The notes beneath the pieces were generated by a model. The model did no database searches and had not been told where the DNA came from. It saw nothing but the letters and a program-made list of their open reading frames with translations. From Heteronotia binoei (lineage: Eukaryota): DNA of 64,000 nucleotides. Positions 36,866-49,843 of this stretch are shown here, in pieces. Numbering within the stretch: position 1 is the first letter of the stretch; each line of letters begins with the position of its first letter. The position numbers and the translations under genes were made by a program. The stretch covers positions 154,814,001-154,878,000 of the forward strand of contig NC_083225.1 of NCBI RefSeq assembly GCF_032191835.1, read 5' to 3'.

Positions 36866-38152
36866 TTGTATGGGTGGGTGGAGGCAGCATTGTCCATGGC
36901 TACATGGTCATAGATATCTGTGCCAACATGCTGGCAGAGGTGAAGCATGTGCGCTTTAATGCATACATGTTTCAGGTGATGGTGAAGAATGCTCTAGGGT
37001 TCATAATCAGGAAAGAATAAATGAATGTGATGTGCTAGTCTGCTTTTAACAAGTTCCATGCCTCTCTGCCTAACTACCAACAGCCAACAGAAGAGAGGCT
37101 GCAGAGCTGAGTTGATATATAGCCTTCTGATCCTATAGAGCAGAACATGAACTCTGTAACTGGCAGCCAGCAGTGCCTGTTAAATTTTTGAGGGCTCCTA
37201 TTGGTGTTTCCAAGGCTGGGGAAGTCAACCCCACGGTTTGGAGTTCTGTAGAGTTTAACTGAGTGGAGACAGTCTGTTTGGAAACGTATCTATTCACAAA
37301 CCACCACAAACAGCACCAAAGTTTGTGGAATGTTTGTGCTGGTTGCCCTTCCATAAACATTTGCAAACCACAAACCAACCAAAATTTATGCTGAACTTTA
37401 GTTTGTAAGTTCATCTCTAGTCACTTATGATGATGTCACATCATCCATTATGTATAACAACCTAAATTATCCAAGTCCCCGAAACAGAAAATCAGATCCA
37501 ATTTATAATCTCAGGCCTGTCTTTTTCTCAGCTCCTCCCCTTTCCCCTTTCTTTGTAATTTGTTAGATAAACCCAAGGAAAATTATTTTCTTTCTTTCCA
37601 CAGCATCTGAAGAAGTGAATTCTGACTTGTGAAAGCTCACACTGCTTGCTAGGTCTTCAGTTTGCAAGAACCGAGCAAGGATGGTAGTGATAGGATGTTT
37701 TGGAGGTCATTCATTCATAGGGTCGCCATAAATTGGAAGCACTTAACACACACACAGGATTTAAAGTGGACTCGTGTTTTGTTTTGCTTCAATGGAATGA
37801 CATAGCTACCCCTCTGGAATATTTATTTAGTCAGTCAGTTTGGATCTCTGCAAGACATGGAAAGTGTATCTCTAGAGAAAGGGAACCACACACAGCACAA
37901 ACAGCCATGGCCCATGGCACATCTGGAAAGAAGGCCCATGGGCCTAATGATGGCAGATTCAGATCTGTAGACCTGCCTGCCTGCCCTGCTCTTCCTTGTT
38001 GCGTCTTCCCTAGTCCTGCAATCTAGCAGCAAAACTACATGGCAATTCCACCATGATGCACTCTAAAATGTCATACTTTGGACATGACTTGGCCAAAAAG
38101 GTTAGCCACCACTGCTTGACGGTTTTTAAAAAATTCACTATAATGAGACAAA

Positions 38153-38165
38153 CCACTAGAGGGCA
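38153..38165 (+). promoter_or_regulatory. CTCF core motif in IGSF11 intron 4
   Basis: CCACTAGAGGGCA, a near-consensus match; motif evidence only. Confidence 0.45.
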
Positions 38166-38243
38166 CCTCATACCCTATAGGCTCAAATGCATGAATGGCA
38201 ATTATATTTTATTTAGTTCATTTGCATTTATCATGACAATATT

Positions 38244-38410
38244 TAGGGGTTGTTTTGTAGAAAAATAGGTGGTGGAGCTCATCCAGGGATTGTTATGCAG
38301 CTGTACATACTATTCAATGGACAAGGAGGTGGAACTCTCAGGAGGAGGTGGAACGCTCAGAAAGGTTCAGGAGCTGTGCTCCTGTGAGCTTCCACTGAAT
38401 CTGAGGCCTG
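38244..38410. mobile_element. hAT MITE, same family, opposite orientation
   Basis: Perfect 8-bp TSD acaatatt. Confidence 0.88.
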
Positions 38411-38790
38411 ACAATATTTAACACCTTCCTCCCCTCCGCTCCCCTCCCCATCATTAGGATTAAGGTGTCTCCACCCATCCTGGAAGCCCTTTGGGGTTAG
38501 CCCAGCATCTGCAGAATGGATAAAGTTGTCAGATACCCAATTAGGCCATTGGTCCCTCTAGCTCAGTACCAACTGCTTTAACTGGTAGTGGTTTTCCAAG
38601 ACGTCTGATGTAGATAAAATTTGCCTGCACTTGCTACCTGATATTCCATGAACTAGATCCAGTTTCCATGAACTGATCCAGAGGCTTTTCTACATGCAAA
38701 GCAGGTACCCTCCCAGCCTGTTCCCCTAACAAGCATAGCAAAAATAAAATTACTGGTGGGGAGAGGGGATGGAAAGAGTGTAAGAGTCAC

Positions 38791-38946
38791 CTTGTGTTGC
38801 CGTTGGAGGCAGCTTGGGAGTGTTGTCCAGTCTTTCCCAGTAGTACGTTGGCCGAGGGATGCCCTCTTCAGAACTGCAGGTCAGTGTGATGTCACTGCCA
38901 ATGTTCAAGGAGCCCTGAATTCTGCAGACTGGGGCAGAAGGAGGAA
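38791..38946 (-). CDS. IGSF11: IGSF11 coding exon 4 (first half of IgC2 domain)
   Basis: gattgcag|TT CCT... to ...CAA G|gtgact; 156 nt; [52 protein letters not shown]. Confidence 0.97.
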
Positions 38947-41327
38947 CTGCAATCAGAAAAGAGGGGGAAGGAATGGCCAAGTCAGGAGCTGCGTTCATTA
39001 ACTGCTTTTCCAGAAGACATACAGTTAAATGAAACCAAGAAACCGGCTGACAGAGGAAATCTTGCAGATGGCTCCAAACTTGGAGGGAAGCAACAGACGA
39101 GGTCACCTGCTAAGGCTTGCCTCACTGGTAAGCAGCCTCAGTCATAACTGCTGACTTTTAATTGTGGCCATTTTCCATTAGAGTCCTCTGTGGGGAAGAA
39201 CAACATCTGCAGCTTCCCACCAGTTAACACAATAAAGATATCACTAAAACTTTTAGCTTCAAGCCAAGTTCTGGTATTCGGATAATGGGAAGTTCAACAT
39301 TAGCTCCTATCTCTAAGAAGACAGCACTGCTGATTGGTAGGAATTATGTCCTTGGATCCATCAGATATGAAAAAGCATTAGGGATGAGAATGGACCATAC
39401 ATAGCTACAGTCCCTTGTTTCCTTTTTTATACACTCCTTCCCTGAAAAGATATTCTGATCTTTCTACCATTCACCGTCCTTGAAATCCAGCTCCCCTACA
39501 TATCTATATTTGTGCTGTCAAGTCACAAATTTTCCAAGGCAGGTGAAAAGCAAAGGTGGACTGCCATTGCCTGCCTCTGAAGAGTCTTCCTTTCTTCCTC
39601 ATTCCTCCCATTTAGCTTCCAGGATTTGATGAGATCAGGCTGCACTATACCATTCCACACACGCATGCACTCTCACACACCACTCTCACACGTCCTCTAT
39701 TTCTGCAAGTCTACCATTACAGCCATCTGAACTGCAAACTACCAAAGGACCACTGGGCAGTAAATCCCAGACTGAGCTTCTGTGATGCCACAAAATTTTC
39801 ACAAGCATTCTAAGTGCTGAGGAAATGAAACCCACGACAGAATATTTGCTTAACAGCCCCACTTATGCAAGGGAAGCAAATGTTAAATTTAGCTGGGGGG
39901 TGGGGATGAAGGTTGAATGGCAGAGAAAAAGTCATAGACAGGACTAGACACTGAGGGCTAGAATGCTCAATGGTCAGAAATTTCAGGACAGGCTAAGGAA
40001 CATGAATTCAGAGGCCAGGAAGCTGAAGGAAGGGTTCAGACTAGTCAATGAACAACAGAGGCAACAGTAAAGAGAGAGGCCTAAGGGAAGGAGGGAATGG
40101 GGGGAGAAAAACTTGAGAGGAAATAATGGGGTGGATCCAAGCATCTTCCAAGTAACCTTCATTCAGCCTAAGGATATTTTCTTCTGTCTACGAGAGACTT
40201 CCACTAATGGAAGAGCAATTTAAATTGGAGCAAAGCTCTTTAGGTTACAAGAAGTCTTGCCAAGTTCCCTGAGACCACCAACACTGATCCCCTGGAGTAC
40301 TGGTTACGCAATGCTGTTATCTGACCCAACCTGTCTTGTTTGACCATGAGCCCTGAGTCCACCTAACAACCCAAACAACCAGCAGGGAACAGGAGTTAAC
40401 AATCAGGAGAGTATAAAACCTGAATCCTCAGCTGAGAGTGGGGTGGCTGAGAGCCCTGACTCCTTCTGATACCCAAACCCCAGCAGAGGAGAAAACCTTG
40501 CTCAGTAGAGCGGAAGGATATGGGTATGTCACTCCAATGGCTGGTGGAATTACAGAACTGAAGAAGAAGAATCACATGAAAAAGTGAGCCAGGAAGACCT
40601 TGTTTAAGACCTAAGAAGAGGAAGGGCAGCAAGCTGCAGAGAAGAAGTTAGTGGGCTCCTTTGGAAGGAGCCAGACTGTGAGCCATGAAGCAAGGAAAGA
40701 ATGGTCCACATACTGAGAAGGATTTTGTACTTGCACAACTGGCAAAGGACAGAAAAGTCTGGAAGGTACAACTGTTCTTGTCACTGAAGCACTAAAGAGG
40801 GAAAATCCTTTCCAAGGATTGCTACAGCATGGGGAAAGGTATAACTTACCCTGTCTGTGGCTTGTCTCATTTTTATTCTTGCCTTCCACTGAAGCCTATT
40901 TGGGATCTCCTACAACCCAACATTATATCCCATGTCTCCCACAATTTGCTCTGTGTTGTTATACTGCCTTGAGGTATAGCCCATGTTGCAAGGAAGAGAA
41001 ATGAAATGGTCTCCCATATTAGGATTGTATAAGGACCATCCATATACCAGATGCCTTACCCCCAGCCATGTGGACTTAAACAGCCAGGGGATCGTTGGAG
41101 GGCATTTTCAATTGAAATGGCAAGGAGGGAAGAATTCACTATTACCTCTGCCCCAGCACCACATCTCCAATTTGTATGAGATCCTCCCTCAACAACAATT
41201 TTCACACTAAATCAGAGATCTCCTGACAATCTCCTGGTCAGATCTACACATTTGTATCTAAAATACCTATGCACAGGAATTGCCTGACCTCATCTGCCAT
41301 AGACTGCTCTTCTTGCAAAACACATAC

Positions 41328-41535
41328 CCAAGACATTGAGCCCAATGACTCCAATATTCCGGCCACCTCGGTCTGGTAGGTTGTTGACCAAACACTGGTA
41401 AGTCCCAGTGTCCGAGAGCTGGGTGTTGTTGATGAAGATGGAGGCACTGGTGGTTGGCATTGTCATTGCAAACCCCACTCGCCCATAGAACTGGGGTGCA
41501 CCATCGAAAATCTGACCCCCTTGGTAAATAATAAC
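41328..41535 (-). CDS. IGSF11: IGSF11 coding exon 3 (C-terminal half of IgV domain)
   Basis: cttccag|GTT... to ...TTG G|gtatgt; 208 nt; [69 protein letters not shown], with the DTGTYQC Ig motif; phase fits exons 2 and 4. Confidence 0.97.
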
Positions 41536-42499
41536 CTGGAAGAGAAAAGAACAATACCTCCTTGAGGAGAGCAAAAGTTGCAATAAAGGCTCATTAGCTC
41601 ATTAGGCACAGACTTTAATGCCCTGTGGTTTTAGAATGCTAAACACACACACACACACACCAACTGTGTTTCAGAGTTTAAGAACCTTAAGGAGTCCCTG
41701 GGTGCTAACTGCATAGTTTGTTTCAACTTCTGCTACCATGAAGAAGTACTCCCACTGTACATTTCAAAGAAGTGCCCCCAAGTGAAGACCTTGTTTGTTT
41801 CACTGTTTCCCTTCACACTTGGAAGCACCACACAAAAAGAGGCTTAGAAGTAACAACAGTGGGGAAAACGTTCCAGGACAAAGTACATGTTTGCATTTCT
41901 TGAACAAATCAGTGGGAAACAGAGGACGGAGGGCCTGCATTCATTTACTTATTCAGAGTTTCAGAGCCATGCTGTTTTGTATCCTTACAGTAGAATGGCT
42001 GAAAAAATCTAAGGGTCTAATCTGGTCCGTGCCCTAATAAAACTGGATGCCAACTTTCGATAACTCATTTAGGAGGGATCTCTGTACATGATAAAAAGGA
42101 TTTTATGTATTATGTTGGACTTTTAGGCTGCCCTTCCCTGCAAGCAGGGCTCGGGACAGCTTACACCAAAATATAACACAGTATTATATTAGACTACCAA
42201 TATTAAAACATAGTATAATTCCAATGAAAACTCAATTCCAAGGTGGCAAATGATTTAAGTTAGAGTTATACTCCCCAAAGCCTCTCGAGGGACAGGTGAG
42301 GGGGAGGTGGGAAACTGGAGAGCGCCAGACGGCCTCCTATCCTGTTGCTGTCCTCAGCCAAAAGCCAGGTGCAACAGCTCGGCCTTCCAGGCCCTGCAGA
42401 GGGGTAATAAATCCTGCAGGATTTAATACTAATTTTAGAAATCAGGGGATTTGTTGAAGGATACTTTGTTGTCTAAATCAGCCAGCAACCCTATTTCCA

Positions 42500-42708
42500 A
42501 GAGTAAACACAATATGGGGGTAGAAAGTATTCTTAAGTCACAACTGACTTACGGGTCAAGGGGGTCGAGGCAAGAGATGTCCAGAGGTGGTTTGCCATTG
42601 CCTGCCTCTGTGCAGAGATCCTGGTATCCCTTGGTGGTCTCCCACTCAAATACCAACCAGGGCAGCCTCTGAGATCTTAGGGCTAGCTTTATCCATCTCA
42701 GTCAGGGC
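42500..42708 (-). mobile_element. 5S-derived SINE, diverged
   Basis: gaggcaagagatgtccagaggtggtttgccattgcctgcct...ggtggtctcccactcaaataccaaccaggg. Confidence 0.65.
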
Positions 42709-44035
42709 TCACAATATATTAATTGCTATTTGTTAAAAGGAATGGTCTCTCCAAGACTTGATTCTCTGATAACGGAAAAAAGTAAGTAGCTAGCCCCTTC
42801 CTTTTAAGATATATGCCTTTTCCCTTGTATGTTCATGAGGAAAGGAGACAGAGGCTTAATTTTAAGTGAAAGCTGGGAATTCAGAGAACCTGCTAAACCC
42901 CTCGTTACACTGCTGTATCAATATATGGATATTTTAGCATCTTTAAGAAAAAACCAAAAACAAAACCACTTGTCTTAGGGTGGAGGGGAAGGAATGGTTT
43001 GACAATAACACAATCCAGTCATTGAAAAGCAGGCTGGAGATCGGCAGAGTAGGCAGGACAAAGAAAACTGACAGAACTGACAAACATTACACACAAGGAA
43101 AAAGGCAACTCCAAATCAGCTTCCAGAAAAAGAGTGGTGCGAAAATACTCTCAAAATAACAGTGGGAAAATGCAGCTGTGTGTGTTTTGTTTGCTTTACA
43201 GTATTATTTGTTGAAACCAAGACTGTATTTGGTATTTTCTCATGAGCTGCTTCAAGTCGCTGCCAGAAGCACCTCACCATCTTGGTTGTCTGGTCTGTCT
43301 AGTACTGGAAGGCTGTTTTCCCCTGGCTTTTATCAGAGAAGGACTCCACTACCATTGATCCAAATAAGTAGCCATGTTGGTCTGAAGCAACAGAACAAAG
43401 TTAGAGTCCAGTGGCACCTTTAAGGCTAACAAAGTTTTTTTTTTAAGGTATGAGCTTGCGGAGAGGGCGGGATAGAAATTTAAAGTAATAAATAAATAAA
43501 TTTTGTGTGCACACACACTTCTTATCATGCATGCACACACACAATGATTAGAAAGAGACAATCAACCCCCAGCAATCCATATGGGGTGGAGCATTCCAAA
43601 GATAGACAAGTCCTTCTCCAGTTACAGTCAAGGAGAGGAGGAGAAGAGGATAGGAACCAGGCTAAGAAGCTAAAGCTTTAGGTTGTTTTTTTTTTTAAAT
43701 GCATTGTCCCTTAGCTGCTTTGTTGCTCCTATCCTCTCCTCCCCAGGCCATAATCAGAGAGTGGAAGGCAGTGCTTTCCAAAGATGGTCCCTACCCAGCT
43801 ATGGCTGGGGAGAGACAAGGTGGAAAACAGACAGGGAACCAAGATCTCCCTCAATCCCAGTCTGTGCTGCTACTGCCCTGCACATCACCAGGGCAGCACA
43901 GAGATAGCTGATGGCTTTAACCCTAACCCTGCATATTCAGATCAGAAATAAGGAAACCACAGGGACAACCCTAAGCATACAAACTAAGGTGGGGGGGGGG
44001 GAAGCAGGTCTGTGATGCAGCTACGCTCAGGATAC

Positions 44036-44199
44036 CTGTTCGGGTTGGTTGGCATTGGAGAGTGGAGTGACCATCCAGATGACATTAAGGTTAGTGAGCG
44101 CAGCACTGGTGGTGAAGGTGCAGGGCAGGACTGCTGTCTGGCCCCGAGCCACTTCCACACTCCGTGTATTCATGAACACTTCCAGGGGGCTCACTAGAC
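44036..44199 (-). CDS. IGSF11: IGSF11 coding exon 2 (N-terminal half of IgV domain)
   Basis: tttgcag|GT CTA GTG... to ...CCC GAA CAG|gtatcc; 164 nt; translates (G)[54 protein letters not shown], closely matching human IGSF11 as I recall it. Confidence 0.96.
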
Positions 44200-44583
44200 C
44201 TGCAAAGAAAGAGGGAAAGCAGACAATTATTCCTCAGTTTTCCCTTTGTTTTGCACAAGAGACTCTGGGGCAAAGGTGCCTCACACTGTCCAGAAAGAGG
44301 GGAGAAGTTCTTGAAAGTAGGGGTCTTCAGACAGAGATACAAAGGGAAGAACATATACTTCCAAAGGCCCCTTTTCGTGTAGAATGCCAAAGAAACAAGC
44401 TAGCAAGATCAGTCAGTGTCTTGCATTATGGGTTTCACTATCTAGCTCTCTGCTCTCTCCTGCTTATTCTGCCAATTTGTATTACATATAGAACATTTGA
44501 ACAAATGCTTCATTGCATGATTTGCACTACAAAATAGCCTAATAATGTATTTTAAAAAGACACTGGCTGGCACAGCTTACTGT

Positions 44584-44790
44584 GATAATTTATTTACTTG
44601 ATATATATTCCACCTTTCTCCTCAAAGTGGTTCGCCCCCATTTTATTTTTACAACAAACTTCTGGTGTAGGCTCGGCCGAGTGTGTGTGGCTGGCCCAAG
44701 GTCACTCAGCAAGCTTCCAAGACAGAGTGGGGATTGCAACCAGGTTCTCCTGGATCCTAGTGTAACACTCTAACCACTATGCTACATGGG
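44584..44790 (-). mobile_element. tRNA/CORE SINE
   Basis: Reverse complement of the 59401 family. Confidence 0.7.
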
Positions 44791-46663
44791 GTCTCTATGT
44801 GCAAATGGGATTGTATTTTTCCAGGGCTCACAATAACTCTTTGTCACTTTCAACTCTGGTAATCCTCCCGCCACCCAGCAGTGTAGCAAAAAAGTCAGAG
44901 ATCAGCAGATTTGTATTCCAAGCCCTTATTGCTTCAACTAGTAGCAGTTAGACCAGGTAGAAAAGATCTCCCAAAAGCTGAATGTGACTATGGCCAAAAA
45001 ATAATGTTGACAATACTGTATCAAGGGGGGAGGGAGTCTTTAAAAATATCCTTCCAATCATGAAACACCCCTCCCCCTATACCTTTGACTAGCACACTGC
45101 CAAAATCCAGTGACAAGCTGTAGTAGATGTGCCAAGATGATAACCGGCTTCACTTCTTCCCTGCTGAGCCACTAAGCGTCCTCCCTTTCCTTCCCTCCTA
45201 TGCCTCCAGCCCTCTCCAGCCACACTTCCACCTTGGCCCAATTTCAGAGACCTCCCGCAGCCTTGAGTAATCCAGGGCAGTCAGCGCCTCCCGGTGCACA
45301 CAGGATGCAAGAGAAAGATTCCTATGGCTAAGCTAAATAGCACCTGCAGGGCTACAGCTGGGAAAGGCACAGGCAAGGGCTCCTGACAGGTGAACCTCAC
45401 AAAGGTGAGGAGGGCTTTCAGAGGAGGAGGAGCATGAGTGTGCCTCTGCTTATGTCGGGACAGGCTGTTTTCGACCCTTATGGGCACTGCAGAGGCATTG
45501 AAAGCAAAGGGAAGGCAGAGAAAGTGATGGAGCTCTGCATGCTTATTGTTTCAGCCAAGGCTCCCCAAGGCTCCCATCAGCACCATTTCTTATTTCTAGT
45601 ACTTAACTAAGCACTTTACAGTAAATAAAGATTTCATAACAGTCCCTGCCTGCAGGCTCATACAGTCTCTCTGATATATGCATTCATATCTCACAACGGT
45701 GCAACAAAACATTATTTTTCATTTTCAATTAAGAGGCTGAGCAAAAAAAAAAAAATCCCAAAAAACAATGCACAGATGTGTGTGCCTGAAGATACGTTAT
45801 CAGGATGCTTGGACAGTCCTACACAGACAAACATGAACATGATTAAGCACTAGTTTATAACCATTCAACAGAATCCACGGGTTATGCTTCTCTAGGCTGG
45901 AGCTGGAGGTGTCTGGGCGGTGGTGGTGAGAGGAAAGGATGTGTGCAGGGGTGGACTGGCCATTACAGCAACCAGAACTTTTCCTGGTAAACCAAATGCT
46001 CCCCCCACCTGGGGCTGGCCAGCCCTGTGGCAAAAGGTTGGCACCCAGTTCATCTGAGCCTTGAGAGAGGCAGCAACCCCAAGCTCACTGAGCAGGCAGG
46101 CTGCTTCTCCTTCCTCCCCTCTTGGGGTGGGATGTATCGGAGGCATTTTTAGGGCCATTTCCACCCTCCACCCCCACGTTCCACCCATGGATGTATGTTT
46201 GATGACTTTCTGATTTAAAGCTCCTCACCCCAGATATAGAAAATTAGTACATCAGAGAAAGCGCTAGCCTAAAGCTCTCCTTAGCAAGCTGGGGTTGGGG
46301 AGGGGGGGAGTTAAATGTTGGAGGCTTGTTTTCTCCCTCCATTTGGGAAAGCAAGATTCTGATAGCAGTTTAATTTGGGTTTAGTCCAGGGACAGCATGA
46401 CCTCTTGATCCTGTGGAATGATGCTCCTCACCTCCTCTGAATTTGCCGGTTTTAAAAGTTTATCCTTATAAATATCTACACCCAGTACCAAAGTAGCCAT
46501 GAGAGTTCTATCATTTTGGCGGGGAGGGGGGGCAGGGAAGGTGCAGCACATGGCTCACTTGTTTAAAGCATCAGCAACCAGAAGCTACACTGATCCTCTA
46601 CTACAACCCATTTGTGCTCTTTTTGTGGCACATTGTGATAGTGTAACTGGTAAGTAATTATAT

Positions 46664-46870
46664 GGAGTGGAGCCATGATTCAGCAGCATGGCATCTGTCC
46701 TGCAAGCAGACATTCCCGGATTCAATCCCTGGTATCTCCAGTGAAAAGGATTAGGAAGTAAGTGATGTCAAAACCCCCGCCTGAGATGCTGTAGATCCTC
46801 TGCCAGAGTAGACAGTACTGAATTCAACAGACCAATGGTCTGACTCAGTATCAGGCAGCTTTCTGTGTTA
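46664..46870 (+). mobile_element. Older Squam3-like SINE
   Basis: Diverged head; gacagtactga...gaccaatggtctgactcagtatcaggcagctt tail. Confidence 0.7.
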
Positions 46871-47558
46871 TTATGTGTGTCCATAAATATGTGGTGTAGT
46901 TTTGTCCTGATGACTGTATGAAGTCATCCAATGCCATCTTTCTTACCTACCAAGAGAACTTTGACAAGGATGACTTTGTATGTTCACTTTGAGACTTTTG
47001 TCTTTTCAAATACTTCTCACCATGCAAAAATTATGCTCAAGTCACAATAATTCTAAACATTCTGTTTTACAGAACCGGTGAAAAACACTTACTATTTGCT
47101 CAAATGGAAATGCATTAATTTAAAAACCCAAAAGATATATTAGGTCACTAGATACGCACCTCTTTGTGCACAACACAGAGATAAAAGGAGCCCGAAACTG
47201 GAAATGCCCTAAATCTAATAGCCAAATTCCCTCCAACAGAACCATCTCTGAGTCATCTGATTATGTATAGTCACAGTGTGTTCCCCAGACACAGCCATTT
47301 GCATAAATGTTATTGTATGAGGTTTCAAAATAGAATAAGGTTCCTGGTTAGGGGAAAAAACCTTACTGATTCCAATTCAGAAAGAGTTTCTGAAGTATCA
47401 GATTATTTATCTATACAAATTGGCATTTTGGATGTCCAAAATTAGATCCTGACACTTGGAGTCATTATGAAGCCTTATGCAGAGGCTAATTATTGATAAT
47501 ACCATCATCTGTACTTTCTGAGGGTCCACAAAAGTCTTTAATTCTACTGTGTAGGGCT

Positions 47559-48443
47559 CCCCAGGAAGATTATCACCTGCACCCCAGGAAGATTATCACC
47601 CTCCCTGCATCACTGTGGGTGAATCAGTTCTGAAGACAGTCCAGCAGTTCAGCTACCTGGGGTGCATCATCTCCTCAGATGCTAAGATCGACAAGGAGAT
47701 TGACAACAGGCTGGCAAAGGCAAACCGTGCCTTTGGCCGACTGCACAAAAGAGTGTGGAGCAACAAGCATCTGAAAAAAGGCACAAAGATCAATGTTTAC
47801 AAAGTGGTTGTGATGACAACCCTCATCTACGGCTCCGAATCGTGGGTTTTATACCGTCATCACCTGCGACTCCTTGAGCGCTTTCATCAGCGCTGCCTTC
47901 GCACCATCCTCAACATCCACTGGAGTGACTTTGTGACCAACAGTGAAGTTCTCTAGTGGGTGGAGGTTACCAGCATCGAGGCACTGCTGTTGAAGACGCA
48001 GCTGCTCTGGGCAGGGCATATTTCTAGGATGGAAAACCACTGCCTTCCCAAGATTGCCCTGTATGGCGAACTCTCCACCGGCCATCAAAATAGAGGGGCA
48101 CCAAAGAAGAGGTACAAGGACTCCTTGAAGAAATCCCTTGGCACCTGTCGCATCAACCATCACCAGTGGTCTGACCTAGCCTCAGATCGCAAAGCATGGA
48201 GGCACACCATCCACCAGGCTGTCTCTTCTTTTGAGAACGCACGCATAGCTGGTCTTGAGGACAAAAGGAGATTGAGGAAGAATCGCACTGCTACAGCACC
48301 AACCCTAAATCAGACTTTTCCCTGCAGCCACTGTGGCCAGACCTGCCTGTCCCGCATTGGTCTTGTCAGCCACCAGCGAGCCTGCAGCAGACGTGGACTA
48401 TTGCACCCTTCTTAAATCTTCGTTCGCGAAGTCAAGCCGAGAG
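47559..48443 (+). mobile_element. RTE-clade LINE, 5'-truncated (RT C-terminus, C-terminal Zn finger, GA tail)
   Basis: FSYLGCII...KANRAFGRL...YGSESW...LLWAGHISRM...CSHCGQTCLSRIGLVSHQRAC*; one in-frame TAG at 47954; flanked by agggctccc (47553 and 48444). Confidence 0.92.
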
Positions 48444-48703
48444 AGGGCTCCCAGAAGCTAAAAATCATGAGAATCATCAACCCTGAATGAATCACTTTAT
48501 CTGCAACAACAGTGTTCAGAGCTTCTGTGGAGCTCATGCAACGTGGAGCTATTAGCAGGTTCTGCTATTGGTCCCAGAGGGTGATTCAGTGGGAGCAGCC
48601 CAATATATATGCTGAGGGATATTTCTGGGCTATTTAGATGCAATTGCATGTCCCAGTCATCCACCACATTCTTCATCTTGAATGGACACAGCTGCCAAAT
48701 TTA

Positions 48704-48870
48704 AGAAGTCCCAGGTTCAATCACTGGCATCTCCACGTAAAAGGGCCAGGTGGTAGGTGATGTGAAAGACTTCCACCTGAGATTCTGAGAGAGCTCCTGA
48801 CAGCCTGAATGGACAATACTGACCTTGATATGCCAATAGGCTGAGTCAGTATAAGGCAGTGTCATGTATT
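48704..48870 (+). mobile_element. Squam3-like SINE, 5'-truncated
   Basis: cccaggttcaatc...gacaatactgac...cagtataaggcag. Confidence 0.7.
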
Positions 48871-48877
48871 TTTTAGG

Positions 48878-49268
48878 GGAGGGACTTTGTGTGCAGAAAG
48901 TCCCAGTTTCAATCTGTGGCATCTCCAGGACAAGAAAGACCAGGCAGTAGGTGATATGAAAAACCTCCCTCTGAAGCCTTAGAGAACTGCAGTCAGTTTA
49001 AGAGATGGTGTGGTGTAGTGGTTAGAGTGTCAGACTAGGACTTGGAATGACTGGGTTCAAATCCCTCACTGGACCATGGAAGCCTGTCAGGTGACCTTGG
49101 GCCTGCCACAATCTCTCAGCCTAACCTACCCTCACAGGGCAGCTGATGTGAGGATTAAGTGAAGGAGGGGAAAAGACACAGAAAGTGGGATATGAATAAA
49201 ATCAAAAATCAGCATCAGTTGACAATACTGACTTTGATGGACTTTGATGGACCAATGGTCTGATTCAG
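48878..49268 (+). mobile_element. Squam3-like SINE split by a CORE-SINE (49001-49210); runs into the gap
   Basis: 5' half ends ...gaactgcagtcag and resumes catcagttgacaatactgactttgatgg at ~49211. Confidence 0.7.
49001..49210 (+). mobile_element. tRNA/CORE SINE (MIR-like, Squam2-type)
   Basis: gtgtggtgtagtggttagagtg...gggttcaaatcc...gtgaccttggg...ctcagcctaacctacc. Confidence 0.75.
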
Positions 49269-49614
49269 NNNNNNNNNNNNNNNNNNNNNNNNNNNNNNNN
49301 NNNNNNNNNNNNNNNNNNNNNNNNNNNNNNNNNNNNNNNNNNNNNNNNNNNNNNNNNNNNNNNNNNNNNNNNNNNNNNNNNNNNNNNNNNNNNNNNNNNN
49401 NNNNNNNNNNNNNNNNNNNNNNNNNNNNNNNNNNNNNNNNNNNNNNNNNNNNNNNNNNNNNNNNNNNNNNNNNNNNNNNNNNNNNNNNNNNNNNNNNNNN
49501 NNNNNNNNNNNNNNNNNNNNNNNNNNNNNNNNNNNNNNNNNNNNNNNNNNNNNNNNNNNNNNNNNNNNNNNNNNNNNNNNNNNNNNNNNNNNNNNNNNNN
49601 NNNNNNNNNNNNNN
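49269..49614. other. Assembly gap (346 N)
   Basis: Run of N, flanked by SINEs. Confidence 1.
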
Positions 49615-49616
49615 AA

Positions 49617-49812
49617 ATCTGAGTGGTGGGAAGTGCTGTCAAGTAGTCATTCACTTATGACAATTCCTGTAGGGTTCTCAAGGCAAGAGACAAAAAGAAG
49701 AGGTTTACCACTGCCTGCCTCAGCATAGCAATCTTTGACTTCCTTGGCGGTTTCCCATCCAAGTACTAACCAAGACCAATGCTGCTTAGCTTCTGAGATT
49801 TGGCAAGACTAG
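49617..49812 (-). mobile_element. 5S-rRNA-derived SINE (5S-Sauria-like)
   Basis: ggcggtttcccatccaagtactaacca...tgcttagcttctgagat matches the reverse complement of the 5S internal promoter, joined to an aggcaagaga...tgcctgcct body. Confidence 0.7.
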
Positions 49813-49843
49813 ATATCTGAACACATACAAAAATAGTTCAATG

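Noticed and set aside
37607-37638. Additional CTGAAGA...GAAA hammerhead-like cores (also ~2600, ~62240)
   Set aside because: Stem II is mispaired or deleted; decayed remnants.
49740-49800. 5S rRNA-like segment
   Set aside because: Partial, diverged and fused to a SINE body; not an rRNA gene.
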